From: Arcicella sp.
GTDB lineage: Bacteria; Bacteroidota; Bacteroidia; Cytophagales; Spirosomataceae
Length of the DNA stretch: 61,249 bases
Assembly (NCBI GenBank): GCA_043756925.1
Contig: JAYVRF010000139.1
Location: 1-61,249, forward strand
Reading direction: 5' to 3'
In this document: piece after piece, positions 36,101 to 47,237 of the stretch
Numbering within the stretch: the stretch's first letter is position 1
How the letters are laid out: each line of letters opens with the position of its first letter
Translations under genes and position numbers: made by a program
The notes under the pieces: generated by a model
What the model saw: the letters and a program-made list of their open reading frames with translations, nothing else
Database searches by the model: none
Told to the model about the DNA's origin: nothing

Positions 36101-38691
36101 AGGCGACGGTACTTTTCAAGACACCTTTTGCGGGAAAATTGATCGTAACGATTGAAAGAAATCACGTTTTGGAGCATTTCGTAATTGAAACTGATAAAAA
36201 ATCGGCAGAATTGAGTTTCAAAATCGGGAAAGAACATTTACCAAACGTCTATGTTTCAGCGACCTTGATTCGCCCGATGGATGGCTCGAATTTACCCCTT
36301 ACTGTAGCTCATGGTTATGCCCCTGTAATGGTTGAAGCTCTTGATAATCAACTGCCTATCGAAATTGTAGCGGTTGAAAAAACTCGTTCAAAAACTAAAC
36401 AACGAGTAACCATTAAGACCAAGGGAAATACAGAATTAACGATTGCCGTGGTTGACGAAGGGATTTTGCAACTCAAAAATTTCAAAACGCCCGACCCTTA
36501 TGCTCATTTTTATCAAAAACAGGCTTTAGAAGTTAACAGCTACGATTTGTATCCGTTCTTATTTCCAGAATTATTCATTTCAGGAAGTTCATCGGTTGGT
36601 GGAGATGGTTACGATATGCAAAAACGAGTAAATCCGCTGAATAATGGAAGGGTAAATTTAGTGGCAATTTGGTCAGGAATTGTGAAAACGGGTACCAATG
36701 GAGAAGCAACTTTTGAGTTTGATATTCCTCAATTTTCGGGCGATTTACGCATTATGGCGGTGGCTTACAAAGATGAAGCGTTTGGTTCGGCAACCAAAAA
36801 TATGAAAGTTGCTGACTCGCTCGTAATTTCTACGGCTTTGCCGAGATTTGCTTCGCCAAATGATGAAATTCAAGTGCCAGTAAATATTACCAATACTACA
36901 AAACAAACCGCCAATATAACAGCAACTATCTCATTATCAGGTGGTTTATCAGTTGTTGGGAATGCTTCGCAGACGTTAATGATTCCTGCCGAAAAAGAAG
37001 GAAGAGCCTATTTTGCCGTAAAAGCTGCCCCAAGTATTGGTAACGCAACGGTAAATGTGGTGGTAAACGGATTGAAAGAGAAATTTACCGAAAAGATAGC
37101 ATTAACGATTCGTCCAACGACTTCTTTACTAAAAACTTCGGTGACTGGCGTGGTAAATGGTGGTTCGGTTGGTAATGTAAATTTGATAAATGATTACATT
37201 CCGAGTTCATTGAAAACCGAAATGACCGTGAGTAAATCACCGATGGTGCAATTTATGGACAAGTTCCAAAGTCTATTGAATTATCCTTATGGTTGCGTAG
37301 AACAGACCACTTCCACTGCTTTTCCACAATTGTATTTTTCTGAGTTTGTTAAACAGATTCAGTCGGGTAAAAAGCCGTATATGAAGGCGGGAGAAAGCCA
37401 ATTAAATCCTCGAACAAATGTAGAAGCTGCTATTCATAGACTTGAAACGATGCAATTGCCAAGTGGTGGATTATCGTACTGGCAAGGCGGCGACCGTGAA
37501 TCTTGGTGGGGTTCTGCTTATGCCACGCATTTCTTGTTGGAAGCTCAAAAGAATGATTATCAAGTAAATAGCTCGACTTTGGGTAAATTAATTGAGTACT
37601 TGACGGTAGCTTCCAATTCTAAAATGACCGATAAAGAATACTACTTCTTAGAAACGGGAACTTATGAAACCAAAGTGATTGCGGCTCGTGAAACCATTTA
37701 TAGTTTGTACGTTTTAGCGATGGCAGGCAAGCCAAATCGTTCGGTAATGAATTATTACAAATCTAATGTAGACTTACTCACCACCGACTCAAAATATCTC
37801 TTGGCGGCGGCGTATAGTTTAATTGGCGAAGTGAAAAGTTACAATGCCATTTTGCCGAAAAATTACGGTTCAGAAATTACCGAAAAGCAAACGGGCGGAA
37901 GTTTCAGTTCGCCAATTCGGAATCAGGCTTTGGTATTAAATACTTTGATTGATACCGACCCGAATAATTTACAAATTCCAACGTTGGCGAGACAATTATC
38001 GCAAAATTTGAAAGCCGAACCGTATCTAACCACCCAAGAACAAGCCTTTGCCTTTTTGGCACTGGGTAAATTAGCAAAGAAAGCCAATGCAAGTACCGTG
38101 ACGGCTACCATTTCAAGTAATAATAAAATTTTAGGAAATTTTACCGCCAATGATTTACTGATTAAAAATATCGGTAATCAGTCGGTTATTCGCACGCAAG
38201 GAAAGGGCATCCTCTACTATTTTGCCCAAGCTGAAGGACTAAGTGCAACGGGAAAATACGAGCAAATTGATAATGTGTTGAAGGTTCGGAAACAATTTTA
38301 TACTCGTTCAGGACAACCTTTGGGTGGAGCAAAATTTAAGCAAAATCAGTTGATTGTGGTAAAAATCACGTTGCAAAGCTCCAACGGATTGGCGGTTGAA
38401 AACGTAGTGGTGACGGATATGCTCCCCGCAGGTGTAGAAATTGAAAACCCAAGATTAACCGCCGACCGTGATTTAGTGTGGGTAAAGGACCAAACTACCC
38501 CCGAACATTTCGACATCAGAGATGACAGGATCAACTTTTTTACCAATATTTCCAACAAACCGCAAACGTTCTATTATTTAGTAAGAGCCGTTTCAAAAGG
38601 CAAATTCCAAATGGGGCCCGTGTCTGCGGATGCGATGTATCGTGGGGAGTTTCGGAGTTATAGCGGTGGTGGGGTTGCGGTGGTGGAATAG
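33163..38691 (+). CDS. Bacterial alpha-2-macroglobulin lipoprotein (start reassigned to MNTTLRF)
   Basis: Lipobox FASC; DRDIYRPGE; thioester YPYGCVEQ; DMLPAGVEIEN; DIRDDR. Confidence 0.95.
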   Translation: MNTTLRFPQKTAHFLFISFFFFASCSKFNNVSVSSMNFENEVQLTQNLAFTFDKDLVRDGDLNTWEAEPYLEISPKVEGKFKWTATNELVFSPAMGFEPATEYTATINKSVTAKSEKKYGLNTEKIKFHTPYLKLENVESFWTKSREDGQGVVILKLIFNYPVNPQEVAKMLIVKDSDDKKYEFSLNQTGSSQSISLKLKGISDGTGKSLKVTLEKGLSMPNSKHETEEELSLETSLPDVKNLEITDVQHNFENNQGYVKVITNQTLNVQDLEKIYKIEINGASETVEEPVYEYDSLGNPIVKVEVAIKPKPKTPTLETKAEITENGFIIRGDFNESDNYVLTINKEAKGILGASLSDDYVKDLYFGAMPASIGFVNKKAIYLSSKGNKNIAINIVNTPKVNVRIAKIYENNILHFLKERRYQSYEEYSEEGGNSSTNYSYDTDEAGQFSDVIVNKTVETANLAKVKGVRALNLSLPEQNTIKGIYIVSVNSNDEYYNQATKLVSISDIGMMMKSSENEVVVFTNSIKTAEPLSGVEISLISSNNQTIQTSETDGKGMATFKDFKASKFQTAMITAHTEDDFNYLFLDGSQVETSRFDVEGKRDNTSGFEAFIYGDRDIYRPGETLHFNTVIRKNNWESVGEIPVKIRLLLPNGKEFQTFKKTTNSQGAVNMDVPTDRSSITGVYVVEVLNGNDVLLASRNISIEEFMPDRIKVDVKAGKEFYRNGETLQITATAQNLFGPPASNRNYQMELNLNRKLFEPKDYKGYIFDIQDNTNFEMVAREGVTNENGLASESFQIPATYANMGVLEAKTYVTVFDETGRPVNRLSKLDIFTQSVFYGIGMPDTYIGTNVPTQIPLVALNKDGKPVSAKGRVEIVRFDYQTVIEKNTDNTLKYSSKKQTKVVYSRTMNFDGGKANISYAPPISGEYEIRVHSEGAKSWTAQGFYAYGFGSTENSSFEVNNEGKVEMSFDKEKYKIGEKATVLFKTPFAGKLIVTIERNHVLEHFVIETDKKSAELSFKIGKEHLPNVYVSATLIRPMDGSNLPLTVAHGYAPVMVEALDNQLPIEIVAVEKTRSKTKQRVTIKTKGNTELTIAVVDEGILQLKNFKTPDPYAHFYQKQALEVNSYDLYPFLFPELFISGSSSVGGDGYDMQKRVNPLNNGRVNLVAIWSGIVKTGTNGEATFEFDIPQFSGDLRIMAVAYKDEAFGSATKNMKVADSLVISTALPRFASPNDEIQVPVNITNTTKQTANITATISLSGGLSVVGNASQTLMIPAEKEGRAYFAVKAAPSIGNATVNVVVNGLKEKFTEKIALTIRPTTSLLKTSVTGVVNGGSVGNVNLINDYIPSSLKTEMTVSKSPMVQFMDKFQSLLNYPYGCVEQTTSTAFPQLYFSEFVKQIQSGKKPYMKAGESQLNPRTNVEAAIHRLETMQLPSGGLSYWQGGDRESWWGSAYATHFLLEAQKNDYQVNSSTLGKLIEYLTVASNSKMTDKEYYFLETGTYETKVIAARETIYSLYVLAMAGKPNRSVMNYYKSNVDLLTTDSKYLLAAAYSLIGEVKSYNAILPKNYGSEITEKQTGGSFSSPIRNQALVLNTLIDTDPNNLQIPTLARQLSQNLKAEPYLTTQEQAFAFLALGKLAKKANASTVTATISSNNKILGNFTANDLLIKNIGNQSVIRTQGKGILYYFAQAEGLSATGKYEQIDNVLKVRKQFYTRSGQPLGGAKFKQNQLIVVKITLQSSNGLAVENVVVTDMLPAGVEIENPRLTADRDLVWVKDQTTPEHFDIRDDRINFFTNISNKPQTFYYLVRAVSKGKFQMGPVSADAMYRGEFRSYSGGGVAVVE

Positions 38692-38733
38692 ACCAAAAAT
38701 TGCCTATCAGGATTATGGGAGGCAGTTTTTGGT
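38692..38733 (+). terminator. Terminator after alpha-2-macroglobulin
   Basis: ACCAAAAATTGCCT...AGGCAGTTTTTGGT. Confidence 0.6.
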
Positions 38734-38925
38734 TTTAATAGGTAAATATTAATTTGCGGTTGGGGTAGCTTGAACTTTAGGAATAAGTGTAAATTAATTA
38801 CCATTGTTGATATTTATTTCAAAAAATGATACTAATAAAATCATAAATCAGATTAAGTATAGTGTTACAAAATCTAATTTATTCGTGAATAATATTTGAA
38901 ATATTTAAACATACTTTTTATATTC

Positions 38926-39177
38926 CTACCACAAATCTAATATTTTATAAAAATTATCTCCGTATTTAAAAAAAATGAAAAACAAAAATAATAAATATAT
39001 AAGTATCAGTAATATTGAGATTAATCCCAAAAATATGCCCATATGCATCATAGGTATATTTACATAACTTATAATATACATCATTAATAATACATACCCG
39101 ACTACTGATACGATAAATACTATTACCATCAAAATTAATCTAATTAAAAAGGATAGAAGTTCAAAAAAATCTCTCAT
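38926..39177 (-). CDS. Small hypothetical two-TM membrane protein (very low GC)
   Basis: 83-aa ATG ORF with two hydrophobic stretches. Confidence 0.45.
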   Translation of the reverse strand: MRDFFELLSFLIRLILMVIVFIVSVVGYVLLMMYIISYVNIPMMHMGIFLGLISILLILIYLLFLFFIFFKYGDNFYKILDLW

Positions 39178-39338
39178 TTGGTTATTACGTTTTAATTATA
39201 TAACTCGTGAATGAATAGGAATCAGATTAGTAAATAATTAATTATTGGATAATTATATTTGAATTTACTTAACTTCTCTACATAGATGCAATACTTTCTA
39301 AATGTTGAACGAATAGCTGTAATTGAGAACTTTGTTAT

Positions 39339-40153
39339 TTTAAAAATCGTGAAACTATTTGTAAAGGCTTCACAACTAAAAAAATGAAATACGCCTAAGG
39401 ATTATAGATTTCTCTATAATCTTAGCTACTTTTCCCCATGAATATAGTACCAGTTAACAAAAGTTTTTCCCAAGTTACGCTTTAAGAGCCAATCGTTTCT
39501 GAATTGTCTTAAATCAATAACAACAGGATGATTATAATTACCCATAGTAGCTGTAACTATAAAACAAGATCTACCAGAACTTGATTTGGGAAGTTTAGTA
39601 CCATTAATCCACTCATCATAGGATGAAAAATTGTAAAAATTTCTATAGAAACTTTTACACATAAATTGAAATTTTAAAAGCCCTTGATTTTCTAATTCAA
39701 TGTTAAGTAGAACTACCACAAACTCTTACTTCTACTTTTTTTGCGTCACAAATATTTTTTAATTGTTCTTTAGTTATGTTGTAAAATCCTTCTTCTGAAA
39801 CTCTCCTACCTCCAAATTTACCAACTTCACTATTTGTTTCACTTGCTTTGCATGAAATCTTGTTTACATCATCACAATTAATAATTATTTGATTGTCTCT
39901 CAGAAAAATCCAGTCTTTTCCCAGCCAATCGTAATCAATTACAGGGCATCTGTACTGATGATTTTTATATGTCTCAAGTTTAAATTTAAGATTGACATGA
40001 TTTGATCATCTTCATATCCACTTAATAATTGCCAATTTACACTCCAATTTTTACCCAGATAGGGTTGTTCCATATTGTATCAGTCCTGTTTTTAAACTTA
40101 TCGAAAGATTGTCTAATGTATCTTTTATTGCTATTTTTTTGGTCTTGTGTCAT
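39339..40153 (-). pseudogene. Degraded gene ending in a CFI-box-CTERM domain
   Basis: CFIVTATMG...LRQFRNDWL...FVNWYYIHG; restoring two single bases in homopolymers continues it as VAKIIEKSIILRRISFFLVVKPL; upstream part broken by several stops and frameshifts, 5' limit uncertain. Confidence 0.6.
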
Positions 40154-40162
40154 ATCTTATAC

Positions 40163-40384
40163 TTAGTTTTCTATTTCAATTTGTTCTAATTTATTAATTT
40201 CAGATTTTACGTATTTAATGAAATTTATAATTTTAGTTTCTGAATTTGTCTTTATGATCCTTTCTAAATGAGTGCCTTCTATATACCCATCTCCTAAATC
40301 AAATATTCTAACTATTGTCTCCCCATATAAGCACCATACTTGGATTGCTTCATTTTTTAATTTTGTGATTTCCATTGCTATCAT
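40163..40384 (-). CDS. Hypothetical protein
   Basis: ATG-started portion of a 100-aa ORF in the low-GC patch; no recognisable motif. Confidence 0.35.
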   Translation of the reverse strand: MIAMEITKLKNEAIQVWCLYGETIVRIFDLGDGYIEGTHLERIIKTNSETKIINFIKYVKSEINKLEQIEIEN

Positions 40385-40698
40385 AATTTTATAATTTTGA
40401 TTTTTTCGTACTCTAACATGTTTCCCCTTTTTAATAAATATCAAATTTCTCCACAAAACTATCAATATTTTTAAGTTTTTACTAAATAAATTCTGTGATT
40501 TCAGTTATTCACAGAATTTCACGCATTTTGAGATATTTTTAACCGCTAATAACTCTAAAATGTCTGCTACGTTATCACTTGACGGTGTTATATTTACTTA
40601 TTTTTCCCTTATTATTAAGTGGTGCATTTATCTTAGGAAGATATTTGAAGTTCTCGTCTTTAATTGATAGTAGCCATTAATAGTAAAACTCTTTCCGT

Positions 40699-41822
40699 TC
40701 AAACCACAAACTCCAAATAATTCATAGGATTAATCAACTTCGTTTCGTGAATAGGATAATTATTAGTAAAAGTAATCGGAAATTTCACTTTTTTATGTTC
40801 GCTCCATTTGAATTCAAAGGCATCAAACATTCCTGACGATTCTTCGATATAGTCAATTTCTTGTTGTTGGGCGGTTCGCCAAAAGAAGGTATTTACTTGT
40901 TTTTCGTTGTAAATAAGATACTTTTTACGTTCACTGACCAAGAAGTTTTCCCACAATGCTCCTACGTCTGAACGCAAGGATAGAGGTTGATAATTTTTGA
41001 TTAAGGCGTTGCGAATACCGTTGTCATAAAAATATATTTTCCTACTTTTAGCAATTTCATTTCTAACATTCCTACTCAAAGCTCTCAAACGAAATACAAC
41101 GAATGATTTTTCTAATAAATCAATGTATCTGATAACGGTGGCTTGGTCAATTTTCAGTAACATTGCCAATTCTTGATACGATACTTCAGAACCAACCTGT
41201 AAAGCAAGTGCCTCCAACAAAGAAGCAATAACTTCTGATTTACGTACATCTTGATAAGCAAAAATATCTTTGTACAAATAACTGTCACAAATATTTCTAA
41301 GTATTAAAGCTTCATCGCCAACGTTTAAAATAACTTCAGGATACATTCCATAGATTAGACGATGTTCCATGAGCCGTTTTTCTTCCAAAATATTTGTATA
41401 ATTTACCATTTCACTTATTGAAATTGGCAATAAATTATACTCAAATTTCCTACCCGTCAATGGTTCATTCACTTCATTCGACAGTTCCAATGCTGATGAA
41501 CCCGTCACAATAACTTTCTTATCGGGGAAATTATCGACTAACAATTTCAAGGTTAAACCAATATTTTTAACTCTTTGGGCTTCGTCAATCAAAATTATTT
41601 CAGCATTACCAATGAGCGTATTTAATTGTGTGGAAGTTACATCAGTTAAATATTTTCTGATGTCGGGTTCATCGCAGTTAAGCCAAAGCGTTTTCTCAGT
41701 AAAAGAAGTTTGAAGAGCCTTCAATAAAGTAGTTTTGCCTACTTGTCGAGGTCAGTAAGCACTAAAACTTTGCCTTTTTTTACTCTTTCCGCTAAAATTA
41801 AAAATAGTTGTCTCGGTATCAT
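40699..41822 (-). pseudogene. AAA_14 + DUF4143 ATPase, frameshifted in Walker A
   Basis: ATG at 41822 gives MIPRQLF...VLVLT, then GA (1 nt missing), then PRQVGKTT; LIDEAQ, TGSS, EPLTGRK, KIYFYDNG, QEIDY, FEFKW intact. Confidence 0.8.
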
Positions 41823-41832
41823 ATTATCATTT

Positions 41833-41900
41833 TATCATTAAAAAAGATTGTAATCCAAAATTATTATAATAATTTTGGATTACAATCTTTTTTAATGATA
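41833..41900. repeat. Perfect 68-bp palindrome with no spacer
   Basis: TATCATTAAAAAAGATTGTAATCCAAAATTATTA|TAATAATTTTGGATTACAATCTTTTTTAATGATA. Confidence 0.93.
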
Positions 41901-41914
41901 TTTTTGTTATTTTT

Positions 41915-43042
<1,128 letters not shown>

Positions 43043-43235
43043 TTATTTTTATTTGGCAAACATATAATAGTCCGTGAGTTATTTCACTAAAAATCATAAC
43101 AATTCGAGAATCAATTCACGAATTATCATTTTAAGATGAAATTGAAGCAAATTTATACAGGTAAGTACAGGTATATTCGTATCAAAAAATCAGTTAGGTT
43201 TGTGATGTTTACATAACCATATTTAATTAATTCAA

Positions 43236-44309
43236 ATGGGAGCAATTTTTGGCGTTCTTTTTCACTTTATCGGTGGTTTTGCATCGGGTAGTTTTTATAT
43301 TCCTTACAAAAAAGTAAGAGGCTGGTCGTGGGAAAGTTATTGGATTACGGGTGGAGTTTTTTCGTGGTTAATTGTGCCCCCAATTGCCGCTTATTTGACC
43401 ATTCCAGATTTCGCTTCTATTATTTCAAGCACCACAGGAACTGTTTTATTTTGGACGTATTTGATGGGTTTATTGTGGGGAATTGGTGGTTTAACCTACG
43501 GTTTAGGTGTTCGATATTTAGGCGTTTCTTTGGGTAGTTCCATTATTTTGGGACTTTGTTCGGTTTTCGGCTCGTTGATTCCTTCGATTTACTATAATTT
43601 CAATCCAACCGTTGGCAAAGATACTATCCACGATTTAATGACAACTTCATGGGGACAAATGGTCTTGTTAGGTTTGGCAATTTGTGTTCTTGGCATCGTG
43701 ATTTGTGGAAAAGCGGGTGGTATGAAAGACAAAGACTTGAACGGAAAAACCACTGATAATCCAGAATTTGACATCTCAAAAGGCTTGGTTTTTGCCATTA
43801 TTTCGGGCGTTTTGAGTGCTTGTTTTAGCTTTGGGATTGAAGCAGGTTCGAGTATGGCAATGACGGCAAATACCGCTTGGATGACTCTAAATGCAGGTCA
43901 GGGAGAGTTTTTATTTAGAAATAACGTAATTTATGTCGTAATCCTTTGGGGTGGACTCACAACTAATTTGATTTGGTGTATGTACTTGAATTTTAAGAAT
44001 AAATCGTTCTCGGATTATTCAAATGAAAAAACGCCATTATTGAAAAACTATATTTTTTCAGCCATTGCAGGTACAACTTGGTTTTTGCAATTCTTCTTTT
44101 ACGGAATGGGCGAAAGTCGCTTGGGCAATGGAGCCAGTTCTTGGATTCTACACATGGCATTCATCATTCTGGTAGCAAACTCATGGGGTTTGGTTCTAAA
44201 CGAATGGAAAGGCGTTTCCAAGAAAACTATGACCACGATTGTGATTGGAATTTTAGCAATTATTTTATCGGTTTTGGTGGTGGGATATGGCAATTCATTG
44301 AAAGGATAA
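43236..44309 (+). CDS. rhaT: L-rhamnose/proton symporter
   Basis: SFYIPYKKVRGWSWESYW, LWGIGGLTYG, WFLQFFFYGMG, SSWILHM, EWKG. Confidence 0.93.
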   Translation: MGAIFGVLFHFIGGFASGSFYIPYKKVRGWSWESYWITGGVFSWLIVPPIAAYLTIPDFASIISSTTGTVLFWTYLMGLLWGIGGLTYGLGVRYLGVSLGSSIILGLCSVFGSLIPSIYYNFNPTVGKDTIHDLMTTSWGQMVLLGLAICVLGIVICGKAGGMKDKDLNGKTTDNPEFDISKGLVFAIISGVLSACFSFGIEAGSSMAMTANTAWMTLNAGQGEFLFRNNVIYVVILWGGLTTNLIWCMYLNFKNKSFSDYSNEKTPLLKNYIFSAIAGTTWFLQFFFYGMGESRLGNGASSWILHMAFIILVANSWGLVLNEWKGVSKKTMTTIVIGILAIILSVLVVGYGNSLKG

Positions 44310-44513
44310 AAGTGAGTTATTTTAGTCAGCAATAAACACAAAATTTCAATCTGAAAATTAAGGTTTTGTGTTTTACCTAATACACTTCTTGCACGACCAT
44401 TTTACGAAAGAGTACCTTGATATTTTCTTTATTAAAGTACATCGCCAAAGCCAAAATCACTACCAAAGCAACACCAACGCCTGATTTTTTAGCAATGTGC
44501 AATTCTTTATTTT

Positions 44514-46334
44514 TTACTTAACACGCTTCAAAAACGCCTTAATTTCATGAATAAAAACCTCTCCATATTGTTGATATTTTTGTTGCCCAACGCCTGACAC
44601 ATTTAACATGGCATCTTGAGTAAGTGGCTTTTGTTGTGACATATCCGAGAGCGTTGCATCTGAAAATATGACAAACGGTGGTATGTTTTTATCATCCGCC
44701 AAACGCTTCCGAAGTTCACGGAGTTTCTCAAAAAGGGCATCTTTAATGACTTCTTTCTTGGTTTTTTCTTTCGGAATAACTGCCTCACGTTCCGCCTGAC
44801 GTTCTTCAAAAGGTTTATACCGAACCAATTGCACTTTGCGACCTTCCTTCAAAACTGCCCACGAAGCATTATTCAATCTGTAGGCGTGTCCTTCGTCATA
44901 CGCAATGTCCATCACACCCGAATTGAGCATTTGTTGCAGGTAATCCGCCCATTCATCCGTCTTCAATTCTTTGCCCGCCCCAAAAGTTTTTATTTCGTGG
45001 TAACGGTTATCAATGATCCGTTTATTATTAGAACCTCTCAAAATATCAATCACCATTGTCATTGCCACTTTTTCGTTGGTACGAGCCATCGCAGAAAGGG
45101 CTTTTTGAGCTAATAATGTAGCATCAAACCGCATAGGAGGGTTTTTGCATACATCACAATTGCCACAATCTCGGGTTACTTCTTCATTAAAATAACTCAA
45201 GAGAATCCTCCTTCGGCATATTTCAGCTTCGGCATATTGCTTCATTCTATCCAATTTTGCGTTCTGAACTTCCTTCATTTCTGCGGGTAATTCAGAGTTA
45301 GCAATCATATCTTTCCGCATCATCACATCTTGATAAGTATAAAAAAGCAACGTCTCCGCCTTCACGCCATCACGACCCGCCCGACCGATTTCTTGATAAA
45401 AACTCTCTACGTTTGATGGCATCGAATAATGAATTACCCAGCGAACATTGGATTTATCAATGCCCATTCCAAACGCAACCGTTGCCACAATTACTTGCAA
45501 ATCATCCCGAATAAAAGCATCCTGAACTCTGGAACGGTCAGCGGCGGGCATTCCTGCGTGATAAAATTTTGCTTTAATACCCGCTTTCTGCAAAGCCTCC
45601 GCAACGGTTTCCGTATTTTTACGGCTTAAACAATAAATAATACCAGGTTGTCGAGGACGTTCTGAAACGAAATTCTGAATAATTTTTATCCGATTTCTAC
45701 CAGGCAAAACCGACAATGAAAGGTTAGGTCTATCGAAAGAGGAAATGAACGTTTTGGCTTCGGGAATGCCCAATTGCGTAAGAATATCCTTACGAGTAAC
45801 ACGGTCAGCGGTGGCAGTTAGAGCAATGACTGGTACGTTCGGAAAGGCTTCCTTTAAAACGTGCAATTTAGTATATTCAGGTCTAAAATCATGCCCCCAA
45901 GTGGACACACAGTGCGATTCGTCAATGGCAAACAAACTAATATTCAGTGACTTAATCCAATCTAAATAGCCTTGTGTAAATAATTTTTCAGGAGAAATAT
46001 ATAATAATTTCAACTCACCATCACGCACTTGTCGTTCAATGATAGCCTGTTGGTTTCCGTCCAAAGAAGAGTTTAGATATGCCGAAGGAACTCCGTTGGC
46101 TTTAAGGGCTTGCACTTGGTCGTGCATAAGGGCAATCAGAGGCGAAATCACGAGTGTAAGTCCCTGCATAATAAGGGCAGGAATCTGAAAACATACCGAT
46201 TTTCCACCGCCCGTTGGCATCAAAACCATGGCATCTTGTCCATACAAAACCCAATCAATAATATCGGCTTGAAGCGGTCTGAATTTATCGTATCCGTAGT
46301 ATTGTTTAAGGACTTGTTCTTTGGTGAGCGGCAT
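44514..46334 (-). CDS. recQ: ATP-dependent DNA helicase RecQ
   Basis: MPTGGGKS, DESH, WGHDFRPEY, QEIGRAGRDG, Zn site CRR...CGNCDVC, RQC and HRDC. Confidence 0.98.
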   Translation of the reverse strand: MPLTKEQVLKQYYGYDKFRPLQADIIDWVLYGQDAMVLMPTGGGKSVCFQIPALIMQGLTLVISPLIALMHDQVQALKANGVPSAYLNSSLDGNQQAIIERQVRDGELKLLYISPEKLFTQGYLDWIKSLNISLFAIDESHCVSTWGHDFRPEYTKLHVLKEAFPNVPVIALTATADRVTRKDILTQLGIPEAKTFISSFDRPNLSLSVLPGRNRIKIIQNFVSERPRQPGIIYCLSRKNTETVAEALQKAGIKAKFYHAGMPAADRSRVQDAFIRDDLQVIVATVAFGMGIDKSNVRWVIHYSMPSNVESFYQEIGRAGRDGVKAETLLFYTYQDVMMRKDMIANSELPAEMKEVQNAKLDRMKQYAEAEICRRRILLSYFNEEVTRDCGNCDVCKNPPMRFDATLLAQKALSAMARTNEKVAMTMVIDILRGSNNKRIIDNRYHEIKTFGAGKELKTDEWADYLQQMLNSGVMDIAYDEGHAYRLNNASWAVLKEGRKVQLVRYKPFEERQAEREAVIPKEKTKKEVIKDALFEKLRELRKRLADDKNIPPFVIFSDATLSDMSQQKPLTQDAMLNVSGVGQQKYQQYGEVFIHEIKAFLKRVK

Positions 46335-46400
46335 TTTTTTATGTGATTATTGAAAGGCAAAGGTACATTTTTCTATTAAAAAGAGAAAATATTTTCCTTA

Positions 46401-46435
46401 ATGTGATTCATAGTCCGTTGATATATACTCATCAT
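46401..46435 (+). promoter_or_regulatory. C-box operator of the R-M controller
   Basis: ATGTGATTCATAGTCCGTTGATATATACTCATCAT: 35 bp, ATG...CAT ends, central CGT; resembles the Esp1396I-type double C-box. Confidence 0.75.
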
Positions 46436-46452
46436 AATTATAGTTTTACAAA

Positions 46453-46662
46453 ATGAATATAAAAGAAAAAATAGGGAATAGAATTCGGCAATTAAGACAA
46501 GAAAAACATTTCAGTCAGGAAGCATTTGCGGATTTATGCGAACTTGACCGAACCTATATTTCAAGTATTGAAAAAGGCAAACGAAATGTCTCAATTGTTA
46601 ACCTCGAAAAAATTGCTAATGCCTTGAATATCAAAATTTCAACCTTATTTAACGACCTATGA
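46453..46662 (+). CDS. R-M controller (C) protein, XRE HTH
   Basis: SQEAFADLCELDRTYISSIEKGKRNVS; overlaps the REase start (ATGA); preceded by a C-box. Confidence 0.9.
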   Translation: MNIKEKIGNRIRQLRQEKHFSQEAFADLCELDRTYISSIEKGKRNVSIVNLEKIANALNIKISTLFNDL

Positions 46663-47237
46663 AAATTAAAATACCCAATGCAGAAGTACAACATTTACTT
46701 ACTGAAAAAGCGGAAAATTTTCCAAAATATACTACACAATTAATGAACCTTGCCAACAGTAATGCACAAGGAACACGCCCAAAAATTGTAGGTCAGATGA
46801 GTGATTTAATTCAAGAATTTGAGGGAAAAACCTTTGAAGAATGGGCAATTTGGTATCAAGAACGTTATCCTAATGCTATCGAAAAAGCAACAGATAAAGT
46901 TTTTGAAATGGTTGAATCTTTCAAGAAATCTATCGAGTTAATTGATAAGAAATTAATCAGTGAATGGGTCAAAGATTTAGTTTTGAACAAGACTTTTGCA
47001 GGGCTTAATTTCCAAGAAGCAATTTTGAAAAAAGTAGCTGAAATCAAAAAAACGACTTATAAGTTCAGTACAAAAGAAGAAGAAAGCAAAGGAATTGATG
47101 GATATATTGACACAATCCCAGTCAGCATAAAACCAAGTACCTATAAAACCCAAAATCACCTTTTAGAAAACATTAGTGCTAATATGATTTTTTATGACAA
47201 AAAGAAGGATGGTCTTTTGATAGAATTTAATTTTTAG
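46659..47237 (+). CDS. MjaI-family type II restriction endonuclease
   Basis: FPKYTTQLMNLAN...GTRPKIVGQMSDLIQEF, EEESKGIDG...PVSIKP (PD-(D/E)xK-like); lies between C gene and MTase. Confidence 0.82.
   Translation: MKIKIPNAEVQHLLTEKAENFPKYTTQLMNLANSNAQGTRPKIVGQMSDLIQEFEGKTFEEWAIWYQERYPNAIEKATDKVFEMVESFKKSIELIDKKLISEWVKDLVLNKTFAGLNFQEAILKKVAEIKKTTYKFSTKEEESKGIDGYIDTIPVSIKPSTYKTQNHLLENISANMIFYDKKKDGLLIEFNF

Noticed and set aside
38840-39236. TCGTGAAT and AATCAGATTA flanking the small membrane ORF as cassette (attC-like) sites
   Set aside because: Motif order differs on the two sides, no attC-like hairpin and no integron integrase
43067-43075. ATAGTCCGT identical to the C-box centre, upstream of ATPase 2
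   Set aside because: Only 9 bp with no flanking symmetry; could be chance
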